From the NCBI GenBank assembly GCA_001464815.1, contig LNDW01000021.1, positions 116,218 to 148,217 of the forward strand: 32,000 nt of DNA, written 5' to 3'. Numbering within the stretch: position 1 is the first letter of the stretch; every line of letters begins with the position of its first letter. The notes under the pieces are model-generated. The model searched no databases and was not told where the DNA came from. It saw only the letters and a program-made list of their open reading frames with translations. This DNA is from Betaproteobacteria bacterium Ga0077527 (lineage in GTDB: Bacteria > Pseudomonadota > Gammaproteobacteria > Burkholderiales > SG8-41). Of this stretch, positions 7,866-16,311 are shown one piece after another. The translations under genes and the position numbers were made by a program.

Positions 7866-8816
7866 ATGCTGCGCAAGATGCTGTGCCTGTCAGGCTTGCT
7901 GTTCGCAACCATGCCGCTGTTCGCCGCGTGGCCGGAAAAACCAGTACGCGTGGTGGTGCCCTTTGCCGCTGGCGGCCCTGCGGACCTCACCGCACGGCTG
8001 ATCGCGCAGAAGCTGTCCGAACAGTGGAAGCAGCCGGTGGTGGTGGACAACCGCGGCGGCGCCGGCGGCAACCTCGGCACCGTGCTGGCGGCGCAGGCTC
8101 CTGCCGACGGCTACACGCTGCTGCTGACCACTTCGGTGTTTGTCTGCAATCCCAGCCTGTACAAGGACACCGGTTACGATCCTTTCCGCGACTTCGCGCC
8201 GATTACGCTGGCCGGCGTGTCGGCCACCGTGGTTTCGCGCCATCCTTCATATGTCTCGGTACAGACCATGCAGGACATCCTGCGCGAAAGCAAAGCCGCG
8301 CCGCTGCCTTATGCCTCGCCCGGCATCGGCACCGCCGGCCATCTCGCCGCGGAGTTGTTCCGCACCATCACCAAAGCCAATCTGCAGCAGGTGCCATACA
8401 AGGGCGCCGGCCCGGCAATGACCGCGCTGCTCGGCGGCGAAGTGCGCCTCGGCTTCACCGCGGTGCCGCCGGTGGTGGCGCTGGCGCGCAGCGGCAAGCT
8501 GGTGCCCATCGCGGTGACCAGCCTGAAGCGCATCGACGTGCTGCCCAATGTGCCGGCCGTCGCCGAAAGTTATCCCGGTTTCGAAGTCGATAACATGTAC
8601 GGCCTGCTTGCGCCGAAAAAGACCCCGGCGGCATTAATCCGCAAGATCAACGCCGACACGCTGGCCGTGTTGCAGGCGCCCGACCTGCGCGCGCGTTTTG
8701 TACAGGATGCCTTTGAAGTGCGCGGCAATTCACCTGAAGAATTCGAGAAATACCTGCGCGCGGAATTCACCAAGTGGGCGAAGGTGGTGAAGGAGTCGGG
8801 GGTGCGGGTGGAGTAG
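7866..8816 (+). CDS. Bug/TctC family substrate-binding protein
   Basis: ATG at 7866 follows AAGGGGA. It has a signal peptide, then 'PVRVVVPFAAGGPAD' and 'VDNRGGAGGNLG'. Confidence 0.9.
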   Translation: MLRKMLCLSGLLFATMPLFAAWPEKPVRVVVPFAAGGPADLTARLIAQKLSEQWKQPVVVDNRGGAGGNLGTVLAAQAPADGYTLLLTTSVFVCNPSLYKDTGYDPFRDFAPITLAGVSATVVSRHPSYVSVQTMQDILRESKAAPLPYASPGIGTAGHLAAELFRTITKANLQQVPYKGAGPAMTALLGGEVRLGFTAVPPVVALARSGKLVPIAVTSLKRIDVLPNVPAVAESYPGFEVDNMYGLLAPKKTPAALIRKINADTLAVLQAPDLRARFVQDAFEVRGNSPEEFEKYLRAEFTKWAKVVKESGVRVE

Positions 8817-8843
8817 GGGATGGTGGCCTGATGCTGGCCGTAC

Positions 8844-9884
8844 TCAGCTGCGGTCGCGAATTCTGCGACTGACCGCCCGAGTGCTGCCACCCCAGGTCGG
8901 CAGATAAGCCGCCTTGCGGCCGACACCACCGGCCACCACGATCATCAGGTCTTCTGGGCGTTCCGCGACACGCAAAACGTCTGCGCCGGATTCGGCTGCG
9001 GCGAGGCGGCGATTGCGCATCGCCGGTGGCAGTTTTGCGGCATCCAGAACGGCGTGTTCCCAGATCGCACGTTTGGCCGCGGCCTTGTCGAGCCCGTCGT
9101 GCGCGAATGCTGCCGCCCACTCTGGCGGCAGCAGACACAGCGGTTCACCGCCACCGAGCAGTCCTGAGCCACCGGCGACACCGGCAATCAGCATCGATTG
9201 CGCGAAGGTCTGCGCCATGTCGGCGGCCGTGGTGCTGTCGGAATCATTGACTTCAACCGTGCCGGCGATGCCTACGACGGTGACCACGCCGTCTTCCGCG
9301 GCAAAGCCGCGTTCGACATGTAACGGCGGCCAAGGGCTTTCGCTGATGTTCTCGGCGAAGCAGACCCCGCGTTTTGCCGGCTGGCCCAGCGTGGCCATGT
9401 CGGTCTCGCCGGGTTTGGCGCCGCAGATATTCAGTATCGCCAGGGTCAGCGCGCGGCCGAGGGTCATGTTGGCGCGGGATCCGGCGCCGAGTGCGTTGCC
9501 GGCACCGTTAAGCCCGATGCGCGCGGCAATCGGGCCGTTGACGATGATGATCGGCGTGGCCGAGCCGGTGGTGGTTGCGATGCCAAGCAGGTTGAACTGC
9601 GGATCGGCGATGGCTTCAACGGCAGCCACCAGCACCGGAAAACATTCGGCGGTGCAGCCGGCCAGCACGGCGCAGATTGCGATGTCGCCGGCGGTGGCGG
9701 TTTCAAAACTCGGAGCGACCAGCGCGATTTCATCGCCGTGCTGCCAGCCGCCGGTGGCGAGCATGGCTGCGACGCGTTGCGCGGTGGGCGGCACCAGCGG
9801 CAGGCCGTCGCCCAGATAAGCCGCTGCGAGTTCAGCCTGCAGTACGTCGCGGCCGGGGTCATCGCGGCCCTGCCACAGTTCCAT
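8844..9884 (-). CDS. Conserved hypothetical protein (346 aa), family not recognised
   Basis: The ATG at 9882-9884 lies 3 nt downstream of the stop of the upstream dehydrogenase gene (9888-9890). The composition is balanced and protein-like (e.g. 'GDGLPLVPPT', 'LLGIATTTGSATPIIIVNGP'), whereas the antisense ORF 8914-9819 is Ser/Arg/Pro-rich junk. Confidence 0.6.
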   Translation of the reverse strand: MELWQGRDDPGRDVLQAELAAAYLGDGLPLVPPTAQRVAAMLATGGWQHGDEIALVAPSFETATAGDIAICAVLAGCTAECFPVLVAAVEAIADPQFNLLGIATTTGSATPIIIVNGPIAARIGLNGAGNALGAGSRANMTLGRALTLAILNICGAKPGETDMATLGQPAKRGVCFAENISESPWPPLHVERGFAAEDGVVTVVGIAGTVEVNDSDSTTAADMAQTFAQSMLIAGVAGGSGLLGGGEPLCLLPPEWAAAFAHDGLDKAAAKRAIWEHAVLDAAKLPPAMRNRRLAAAESGADVLRVAERPEDLMIVVAGGVGRKAAYLPTWGGSTRAVSRRIRDRS

Positions 9885-9887
9885 CGT

Positions 9888-10790
9888 CTATTTCTTCTGC
9901 TTCGCCAGGTAACGGTGCATCGCGGTGTGGTCGGCGGCGAAACCTTCCTCGCGTTCCATCGCATTCCACAGCGCGGCGGTGTGTTCGGCGGTGGCGGAGG
10001 GGCCGCCCATCGCCTTCGCGACTTCGAGCGCAGTACGCACGTCCTTGGCCATCAGGCCGGTGGCAAAGCCCGCGGCATAGGCACCGTTGAGCATCTGCTG
10101 CTTGACCTTGTTCTTGGTGGTGTTGTTCATGCCGCTGGAGGCATTGATGATGTCGGTGGCCACCGCGGGATCGATGCCGAAGCCTTCGGCAGCAATCAAG
10201 GCTTCACAGGTGGCGGCGAGTCCGGCAGCGGATACATAGTTATTCAGCGCCTTGACTGCGTGGCCGGCACCGAGCGGGCCGGCGTGGAACAGTGCGCTGC
10301 CGAGTTTTGCCAGCGTCGGCTTCACACGCTCGTAGATTGCCACGTCGCCGCCGGCCATGATCGCCAGCGTGGCATTGACCGCGCCCTTGACGCCGCCGGA
10401 CACCGGCGCGTCGATGCAGGGAAATCCCCGCGACTGCAGCACTGCGCCGAGTTCGCGTGTTTCCATCGGCGAGGATGAACTCATGTCGATGACCAGCGTG
10501 TCCTTGGCGGCGCGTTCGAGGATGCAGTCCCTGAATGCGTCCTGTTTGCCACACAGCGCGGCGCGAACGGCCTTGCCGTCGGGCAGCATGGTGATGATGA
10601 TGTTTGATTGCGCGCCGAGTTCGGCCAGACTTGCGGCGACGCTGACGCCATGCTCGCGCGCAAGTGCCGCGGTGCGTGCGGCATCGAGGTCGAACACCAC
10701 CAGTTTGTAGCCTGCTTTGGCGAGATTGCCTGCCATCGGCGTGCCCATCGCGCCAATTCCAACGAAACCGATGATGTCTGCGGTGTTCAT
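9888..10790 (-). CDS. NAD(P)-dependent beta-hydroxyacid dehydrogenase (3-hydroxyisobutyrate / tartronate-semialdehyde reductase family)
   Basis: The N-terminal Rossmann motif is 'IGFVGIGAMGTPMAGNLAKAGYKLVVFDLD'. Length and internal motifs ('DAPVSGG', 'GAGHAVKALNN') fit the family. Confidence 0.85.
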   Translation of the reverse strand: MNTADIIGFVGIGAMGTPMAGNLAKAGYKLVVFDLDAARTAALAREHGVSVAASLAELGAQSNIIITMLPDGKAVRAALCGKQDAFRDCILERAAKDTLVIDMSSSSPMETRELGAVLQSRGFPCIDAPVSGGVKGAVNATLAIMAGGDVAIYERVKPTLAKLGSALFHAGPLGAGHAVKALNNYVSAAGLAATCEALIAAEGFGIDPAVATDIINASSGMNNTTKNKVKQQMLNGAYAAGFATGLMAKDVRTALEVAKAMGGPSATAEHTAALWNAMEREEGFAADHTAMHRYLAKQKK

Positions 10791-10843
10791 AATTTTATCA
10801 ATTAAAACAATGGCTTACATGGTATACGCTGAGGAGTGGCGAT

Positions 10844-11800
10844 TTATATCGGCAATTCAGTGCCGACCTTGCGTGCACGCGCCAGCTCGACCAGTTTCAC
10901 CGCGGTGTAGATGTCCTGGATGCCCATGCCGTGTGACTCGTAGAGCGTGATGTCGTCCTTGTGCTGGCGTCCCTGCACACGGCCGGTGAGCACTTCGCCG
11001 ATCTCGGGCAGGGTGTCCCACGACAGCTTGCCGGTTTCGACCGAAGCGATCAGGTCGCCGCATTCGTTGCGCGCGGTGCCGCGTGAATCGACGGCGATGA
11101 ATTTCGCGCGCTGCACGGTTTTGGCATCGATCTCGGCACGCGACAGCGCATTGGAGCCGGCCGCGTTGACATGCTGGCCCGGTTGCAGCCAGTCGCCGTT
11201 GAGCACCGGCGAGGCGGATTTGGTCATGATGTTGACGACTTGCGCACCGGCGATGGCTTCGGGCGCGGAGTTGGCGGGCAGCACCGGGATACCCAGCTTT
11301 GCGGACATCTGCTTGCACCAGGCTTCGAGTTTGTCTCGGGTGCGCGCATAGACACGCGCTTCGCGGATGTTCAGCGCAGTGACCACGGCTTCGAGCTGGC
11401 CCATCCCCTGGAAGCCGGCACCAAGCTGCGCCAGCACCGTGGCACCGGGATTGGCCAGCACCTTCGAGGCCACACCGCTGGCGGCTCCGGTGCGCGTCAT
11501 GCCCAGCCACACCGCTTCGACGATGGCTTCAAGCTTGCCGGACTCCATGCTGATCAGGTGCACATAGGTCGCGCCGCGTTTGCCGGGCGGGCTGAAGTAG
11601 TACTTGAAACCGATGTACCCCAGCTCCGGTGCCGCAGCCTGCAGCATGTGCTGGATGCCCGACGCCGTCTGGATCCGTGCCCGCGGCAGGTCGGTCGCCT
11701 TGCCCAGCGCGCGGTCACGCAGCGCGCGCTCGACCTGCTCCAGCGCGAGCGGCATGGTGATCAGTTGCTTGACGTTGTCTTCATTCAGGAACAGGGCCAT
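10844..11800 (-). CDS. Ornithine cyclodeaminase / mu-crystallin family protein
   Basis: ATG at 11798-11800 follows AAAGG. The N-terminus 'ALFLNEDNVKQLITMPLALEQVERAL', the Rossmann segment 'LGAGFQGMGQLEA' and the 318-aa size fit the family. Confidence 0.85.
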   Translation of the reverse strand: MALFLNEDNVKQLITMPLALEQVERALRDRALGKATDLPRARIQTASGIQHMLQAAAPELGYIGFKYYFSPPGKRGATYVHLISMESGKLEAIVEAVWLGMTRTGAASGVASKVLANPGATVLAQLGAGFQGMGQLEAVVTALNIREARVYARTRDKLEAWCKQMSAKLGIPVLPANSAPEAIAGAQVVNIMTKSASPVLNGDWLQPGQHVNAAGSNALSRAEIDAKTVQRAKFIAVDSRGTARNECGDLIASVETGKLSWDTLPEIGEVLTGRVQGRQHKDDITLYESHGMGIQDIYTAVKLVELARARKVGTELPI

Positions 11801-11850
11801 AAAAACCTTTAGCTGCAGAGTTGAAGGAAACCAAAGTCAAGGTCAAAGGC

Positions 11851-11884
11851 TTAGCCACAGAGGGCACAGAGATCACAGAGAAAA
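11851..11884. repeat. Left inverted arm: TTAGC-CACAGAG-GG-CACAGAG-AT-CACAGAG-AAAA
   Basis: Read directly from the sequence. It consists of three tandem 9-mers with a CACAGAG core and contains the GxxExxY stop codon (11873-11875). Confidence 0.9.
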
Positions 11885-12235
11885 GCGTTTGATGCCGTCA
11901 GTCAGGCGGGTGTTGCCGAAGTTGATCAATAGTGCTCGCTTCAGTCCTGTTGCGCGCAGGTAGGACAGTGTTTGTGCTGAGGCCACTTCAGGCAGATTTT
12001 TGGATGATTTGAGTTCGATGACCGCGCTGTTATCCACGATGAGGTCGATACGCTGACCGGATATGGTTTTTCCTTTGTAATCAATATCAACAGCAACTTG
12101 TCTGGCAAACACGATTTCCCTTAACTCAAATTCTCTACACAGAGCCTCTTCGTATACGGATTCAAGCAGTCCGGGCCCCAGAACCCGATGCACCTCAATG
12201 GCGGCACCAATGATCTTTTCTGTAAGGTCATCCAT
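11873..12235 (-). CDS. GxxExxY protein (PD-(D/E)XK-like, PDDEXK_3-type)
   Basis: The signature 'GPGLLESVYEEAL' (G-x-x-E-x-x-Y) is followed by 'RIDLIVDNSAVIELKS' (a D...E-x-K core). The 120-aa length is typical of the family. Confidence 0.85.
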   Translation of the reverse strand: MDDLTEKIIGAAIEVHRVLGPGLLESVYEEALCREFELREIVFARQVAVDIDYKGKTISGQRIDLIVDNSAVIELKSSKNLPEVASAQTLSYLRATGLKRALLINFGNTRLTDGIKRFSL

Positions 12236-12244
12236 GCCCTGGGT

Positions 12245-12278
12245 TTTTCTCTGTGTTCTCTGTGCCCTCTGTGGCTAG
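12245..12278. repeat. Right inverted arm: TTTT-CTCTGTG-TT-CTCTGTG-CC-CTCTGTG-GCTAG
   Basis: It is the reverse complement of 11851-11884 with 2 mismatches. Its terminal CTA (12275-12277) is the stop codon of the ThDP enzyme gene. Confidence 0.9.
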
Positions 12279-13972
12279 GTTTTTTTGCTTTTCTTCGCCT
12301 CTTCGCGGATCGCCGACAGCGTGGTGCGCGGGGTGATCGCTTCGGGGTCGACGCGGCATTCGATCAGCGCCGCGGTTTTCGCCGACCAGGCACGCTCGAA
12401 GGCGGCTTCAAAGTCCTCGGTCTTTTCGACAGTCTCGCCGTGCAGGCCGTAGGCGCGGGCGAGCGCGGCGAAGTCCGGGTTTTTCAGCTGGGTGCCGCTG
12501 ACGTTACCGGGGAAATTCTTTTCCTGGTGCATGCGGATGGTGCCGTACATGCCGTTGTTGACGACGATGAAGATCACCTTCGCGTCGTACTGCGCCGCGG
12601 TGGCGAGTTCCTGGCCGTTCATCAGGAAGCAGCCGTCACCGGAGAATGAAATCACCGGCCGCTTCGGATGCACGATTTTTGCGGCGACACCCGAGGGTAC
12701 GCCGTAGCCCATCGCGCCGCTGGTCGGTGCGAGCTGGGTGCGGAAACCGGGGTAGGGGTAGAAGCGATGCACCCAGATCGCGAAGTTGCCGGCGCCGTTG
12801 GTGACGATCGTTTCCGTTGGCAGGCGCTTGCGCAGGTAAACCATCACTTCGCTCATGTTCATCCTGCCCGGCACTTTCACCGGCTGCTGCCAGGCTTCGA
12901 GGTCGGCGCGCGCTTCCTTCGTCCACGCATCCCAGGCCGGTTTCACCGGTGCGAGTTTTTTCGCCGCCGCGGCGAATTCCGGCATGCCGCTGTTGATCAG
13001 CAGCTCGCCCTGATAGACGCGGCCGAGTTCCTCGGCGCCGGCGTGTACATGCACCAGCTTCTGCGCCGGGCGCGGAATGTCGACCAGTGTGTAGTTGGCG
13101 GTGGTCCATTCGCCGAGCCGCGCGCCGACCACCAGCAGCAGGTCGCAGGCCTTGATGCGTTCGGACAGTTTCGGGTTGAGGCCGACGGCGACATCGCCGA
13201 CGTAATGCGGATCGCGGTTGTCGACCAGATCCTGGCAGCGGAACGACGCGCAGACCGGCAGGTTGAAGGCGCGGGCAAAGGCGAGAATGTCTTCGCTCGC
13301 CTGCCTGTTCCAGCCGCCGCCACCGACCATCATCAGCGGCTTTTTCGCCTTGCCGAGCAGGTCGCGCAGCTTGTGCATGTCGAATTCGCCGGGGTTGGCG
13401 GCAACACGCTGGTAGCGGCCGGCATTTGATGACGGCGCCATTTCGGTCTGCATGTCTTCGGGCAGCGCCAGCACCACCGGGCCGGGGCGGCCGGAGGTGG
13501 CGACGTGGAAGGCGTGGCTGATGAATTCGGCAACGCGGTCGGCGCGGTCGATCTGCGCCACCCATTTCGCCATCGGGCCGAACATGCGGCGGTAATCGAT
13601 TTCCTGGAAGGCCTCGCGTTCGACCACGTCATTGCCGACCTGGCCGATGAACAGGATCATCGGCGTGGAGTCCTGGAACGCGGTATGCACGCCGATCGAG
13701 CCATTGGTCGCGCCGGGGCCGCGGGTGACAAAGGCGATGCCGGGCTGGCCGGTGAGTTTGCCGTAGGCGTCGGCCATGTTGGTGACACCGCCTTCCTGGC
13801 GGCAGATCACGAACTTGAATTCGTCTTCACGCTCATGGATGGCGTCGAGCACCGCGAGGTAGGATTCGCCGGGCACGCCGAAGGCCAGATTGGCACCGTG
13901 GGTGATCAGCGAGTCGACAAGAATTTGCGCGCCGGTCTGCATCAGCGGGCGGGTGGCGGATTTGGCCGTCAT
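12275..13972 (-). CDS. Thiamine-diphosphate-dependent enzyme, acetolactate-synthase-like (565 aa)
   Basis: The supplied 832-aa ORF was trimmed to the ATG at 13970-13972 ('MTAKSATRPLMQTGAQILVDSL'). It carries 'GVPGESYL', 'TRGPGATN' and the ThDP motif 'GDGCFLMNGQELATA...NNGMYGTI'. Confidence 0.85.
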   Translation of the reverse strand: MTAKSATRPLMQTGAQILVDSLITHGANLAFGVPGESYLAVLDAIHEREDEFKFVICRQEGGVTNMADAYGKLTGQPGIAFVTRGPGATNGSIGVHTAFQDSTPMILFIGQVGNDVVEREAFQEIDYRRMFGPMAKWVAQIDRADRVAEFISHAFHVATSGRPGPVVLALPEDMQTEMAPSSNAGRYQRVAANPGEFDMHKLRDLLGKAKKPLMMVGGGGWNRQASEDILAFARAFNLPVCASFRCQDLVDNRDPHYVGDVAVGLNPKLSERIKACDLLLVVGARLGEWTTANYTLVDIPRPAQKLVHVHAGAEELGRVYQGELLINSGMPEFAAAAKKLAPVKPAWDAWTKEARADLEAWQQPVKVPGRMNMSEVMVYLRKRLPTETIVTNGAGNFAIWVHRFYPYPGFRTQLAPTSGAMGYGVPSGVAAKIVHPKRPVISFSGDGCFLMNGQELATAAQYDAKVIFIVVNNGMYGTIRMHQEKNFPGNVSGTQLKNPDFAALARAYGLHGETVEKTEDFEAAFERAWSAKTAALIECRVDPEAITPRTTLSAIREEAKKSKKT

Positions 13973-14117
13973 GTGGATTCCTGGAGAAAAATTCGGATTT
14001 TGCGAAGGCCGAAAGCCTAACACGTACGACCATTCTTGCGCCTTCGTTATCACTGCGTCTTGACACTGTGCCAGGGTCATTGCGGTGCGGTCGCTATACT
14101 GGCCGGCAGGAGGCAGC

Positions 14118-15542
14118 ATGCACGAATTCATAAAATGGACGGCCACCGAAGCCGTGGCCCGGCTGGCCCGTGGTGAAGTCTCGCCGCTGGAGCTGATTGA
14201 TGCCGCCGAGCAGCGCATCCACGACACCAATCCGCGGGTCAATGCGATGGTGACGCTGTGCTTCGAACGCGCGCGCGGCCAAGCGCGGCTGCTGATGAAC
14301 AAGCCCCGTGGCGGGCAGCCCCGGGGTTTTCTGCACGGCCTGCCGATCGCGGTGAAGGACAACACCGATGTCGAAGGGCTGCGCTGTACCTCGGGTTCAA
14401 AGGTGTTCGAGCAGCGCATCGCACTCACTTCTGATCCGGTGGTGCGCCGGCTGGAAGCCCATGGCGCCATCATTGCCGGCAAGACCAACCTGCCGGAGTT
14501 CGCTGCCGGCGGCAACACCTTCAACGATGTCTTCGGTGTCACCCGCAATCCCTGGAACCTGCGCATGAGTGCCAGCGGTTCTTCCGGCGGCAGTGCCGCG
14601 GCGCTGGCGGCGGGGCAGGTGTGGCTGGCCACCGGCAATGATTTTGGCGGCAGCATCCGCACACCGGCGGCGTTCTGCGGCGTCAGCGGTTTGCGCCCGA
14701 GCCCGGGCATGGTGGCACGGCTGCAGAAGCAGCCTTTCAATCCGCTGTCGGTCGAGGGACCGATGGCACGCACCGTGGCCGATGTCGCGTTGATGTTTGA
14801 TGCCGAAGCCGGCTTCGATGCGCGCGATCCCTTGTCGCCTCGCGCGCCCCTGCCTTCCTATGCGCAATGCGCCGCACAGCCGCAACGGCCGCTGCGTGTG
14901 GCGATCAGCGCCGACCTCGGCATCGCGCCGGTGGTCGATCGCGAAGTGCGGGCCATGATTGATGCGGTGGCGGCGAAACTCTCGGGCGCCGGTGTGCAGG
15001 TCGAGCATGCGCACCCGGATTTGCATGATGCCGGACCGAATTTCCTGACCCTGCGCGGCGCGGTCTATATCGCGCGTATCGCGCCGCTGCTCGCGCAGCA
15101 CCGCCATCTGCTGAAGCCCGAGGTGATCGAGAACGTCGAGTTCGGGCTCGGCCTCAAACTGACCGATGTGGTGTCGGCGGAAATCGCGCAGGGCGAGGTG
15201 ATCCGCCGTGCCGCGGCGTTTTTTGAGGATTACGACCTGCTGATCTGTCCGGCCACGCTGTGCCCGCCCTTTGATGCGGACTGGCGTTATCCGGAGCAGT
15301 GGGACGGCGTGCGGTTTTCCGGATATATGGACTGGCTGATCATGACCACTGCCGTGACGATGACCGCCTGTCCGGTGCTGGCTTTGCCCGGCGGGTTCAC
15401 CGCTTCGGGATTGCCGCTGGGCCTGCAGGTGATCGGCAAACCAAAAGGCGAGGCGGCGCTGTTTGCACAGGGCGCCTGGCTCGAGTCGCTGCTGCAGTAC
15501 GCGCAACTGACGCCGATTGATCCGCGCCCGGAGCAGGGCTGA
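14118..15542 (+). CDS. Amidase (amidase-signature family)
   Basis: ATG at 14118 follows CAGGAGG. It carries 'PIAVKDNTDVEG' (catalytic Lys context) and the signature 'SASGSSGGSAAALAAG'. Confidence 0.85.
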   Translation: MHEFIKWTATEAVARLARGEVSPLELIDAAEQRIHDTNPRVNAMVTLCFERARGQARLLMNKPRGGQPRGFLHGLPIAVKDNTDVEGLRCTSGSKVFEQRIALTSDPVVRRLEAHGAIIAGKTNLPEFAAGGNTFNDVFGVTRNPWNLRMSASGSSGGSAAALAAGQVWLATGNDFGGSIRTPAAFCGVSGLRPSPGMVARLQKQPFNPLSVEGPMARTVADVALMFDAEAGFDARDPLSPRAPLPSYAQCAAQPQRPLRVAISADLGIAPVVDREVRAMIDAVAAKLSGAGVQVEHAHPDLHDAGPNFLTLRGAVYIARIAPLLAQHRHLLKPEVIENVEFGLGLKLTDVVSAEIAQGEVIRRAAAFFEDYDLLICPATLCPPFDADWRYPEQWDGVRFSGYMDWLIMTTAVTMTACPVLALPGGFTASGLPLGLQVIGKPKGEAALFAQGAWLESLLQYAQLTPIDPRPEQG

Positions 15543-15569
15543 ACCCCGCCCGCGCAACATCACGCGCAC

Positions 15570-15623
15570 AAAAAAAGACCCCGGCTTGCCCCCCAAGAGG
15601 ACTTCCTTCGGGGCGCGCCGGGG
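15570..15623 (-). terminator. Probable rho-independent terminator of the lipoprotein gene
   Basis: On the minus strand, CCCCGGC (complement of GCCGGGG at 15617-15623) pairs with GCCGGGG (complement of CCCCGGC at 15579-15585), and internal pairing lies between these arms. The stem is followed by TCTTTTTTT. No T-run follows it on the plus strand. Confidence 0.45.
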
Positions 15624-15687
15624 AAACAGGGGTTCCTTGAGGAGTGTTCAGTCCGGGCGCGCCATGCTGAAGCGCCCGGTGTCGTGC

Positions 15688-15930
15688 TTACTTCATCCGT
15701 TTGCCGATTTCATGTCCGGCTGCGGCGCCGGCACCGGCGCCGGCCACGGTTCCCACCGTGCTGCCGCCCGTCAGTGCAGAGCCGACCACGCCGCCGATGA
15801 CTGCGCCGGTGGTGGCGCCAATCTGGGCATTGCTGGGGTTCGATGAACAGCCGCCAAGCATCAGTGTCGTGGCGAATATGGCCGCTGCTGTATTGCGGAT
15901 CATGCTGCGTTGGATGGTTTGACCGGTCAT
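15688..15930 (-). CDS. Glycine-zipper (OsmB/17-kDa-antigen-like) small lipoprotein
   Basis: The lipobox is 'LMLGGC', followed by Gly-zipper repeats 'GAVIGGVVGSALTGGSTVGTVAGAGAGAAAG'. The start is ambiguous between ATG 15930 and ATG 15903 ('MIRNTAAAIF'), and neither has a strong SD. Confidence 0.7.
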   Translation of the reverse strand: MTGQTIQRSMIRNTAAAIFATTLMLGGCSSNPSNAQIGATTGAVIGGVVGSALTGGSTVGTVAGAGAGAAAGHEIGKRMK

Positions 15931-15993
15931 CTTGGTTTTGCCTTCATTTCATCGAAATCACCGTTAATAATGCAGATGCCGTACCAGATATAA

Positions 15994-16022
15994 TTATCAA
16001 TAAAAACAATGGGTTATATAAT
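15994..16022 (+). promoter_or_regulatory. Candidate sigma70 promoter in an AT-rich tract
   Basis: TTATCA (15994-15999), a 17-nt spacer, then a perfect TATAAT (16017-16022). It points toward the small ORF and MFS gene, about 290 nt upstream of ATG 16312. Confidence 0.3.
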
Positions 16023-16311
16023 ACAAGAGAGGGTGCCCTGTCGCCGTTCTACGACGTTCCGCTAAGGTCGCACGCAGCAGCCTGTTTTTATTTGGTATTT
16101 TTGTCGTCCGCCCGCGACAGCGGGACATGTCCTGCCTTGTGTATTTTTTCACGCCGGTTTTCCGGCTGTGTTGTCCGGAATCCGACGCTGCTTCCCCGTT
16201 GCTTGCCTGCCGTCTACCGTTCATCCGGCGCCGACTTGCGCTGGTCGGACGCAAGCCCGGGTACGGGAGTTGCGAGAGTCCGGTCAGCAATACCAGAGTG
16301 GGAGTAACGCC

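Larger units (their letters stand above)
11851..12278 (-). mobile_element. Inverted-repeat-bounded cassette carrying a GxxExxY gene (no transposase)
   Basis: 34-nt terminal inverted arms (32/34 identical) enclose a single small ORF. The same arms recur at 25546-25677 without cargo. Confidence 0.5.

Noticed and set aside
11851-12278. Possibility that the CACAGAG repeats are a CRISPR array or tandem-repeat locus.
   Set aside because: There are only three 9-bp units per arm. The arms are inverted relative to each other rather than direct, and there are no regularly sized spacers and no cas genes.
14060-14100. TTGACA (14060-14065) and TATACT (14095-14100) as a sigma70 promoter for the amidase gene.
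   Set aside because: The hexamers are 29 nt apart, far outside the 16-19 nt spacer range. They cannot form one promoter.
15843-16307. 154-aa ORF (+) and 97-aa ORF (15997-16290, -) spanning the AT-rich intergenic region.
   Set aside because: They cross the compositional shift and the hairpins. They have no SD or family motifs, and their products are Cys/Arg/Ser-rich. They are more consistent with non-coding leader DNA.
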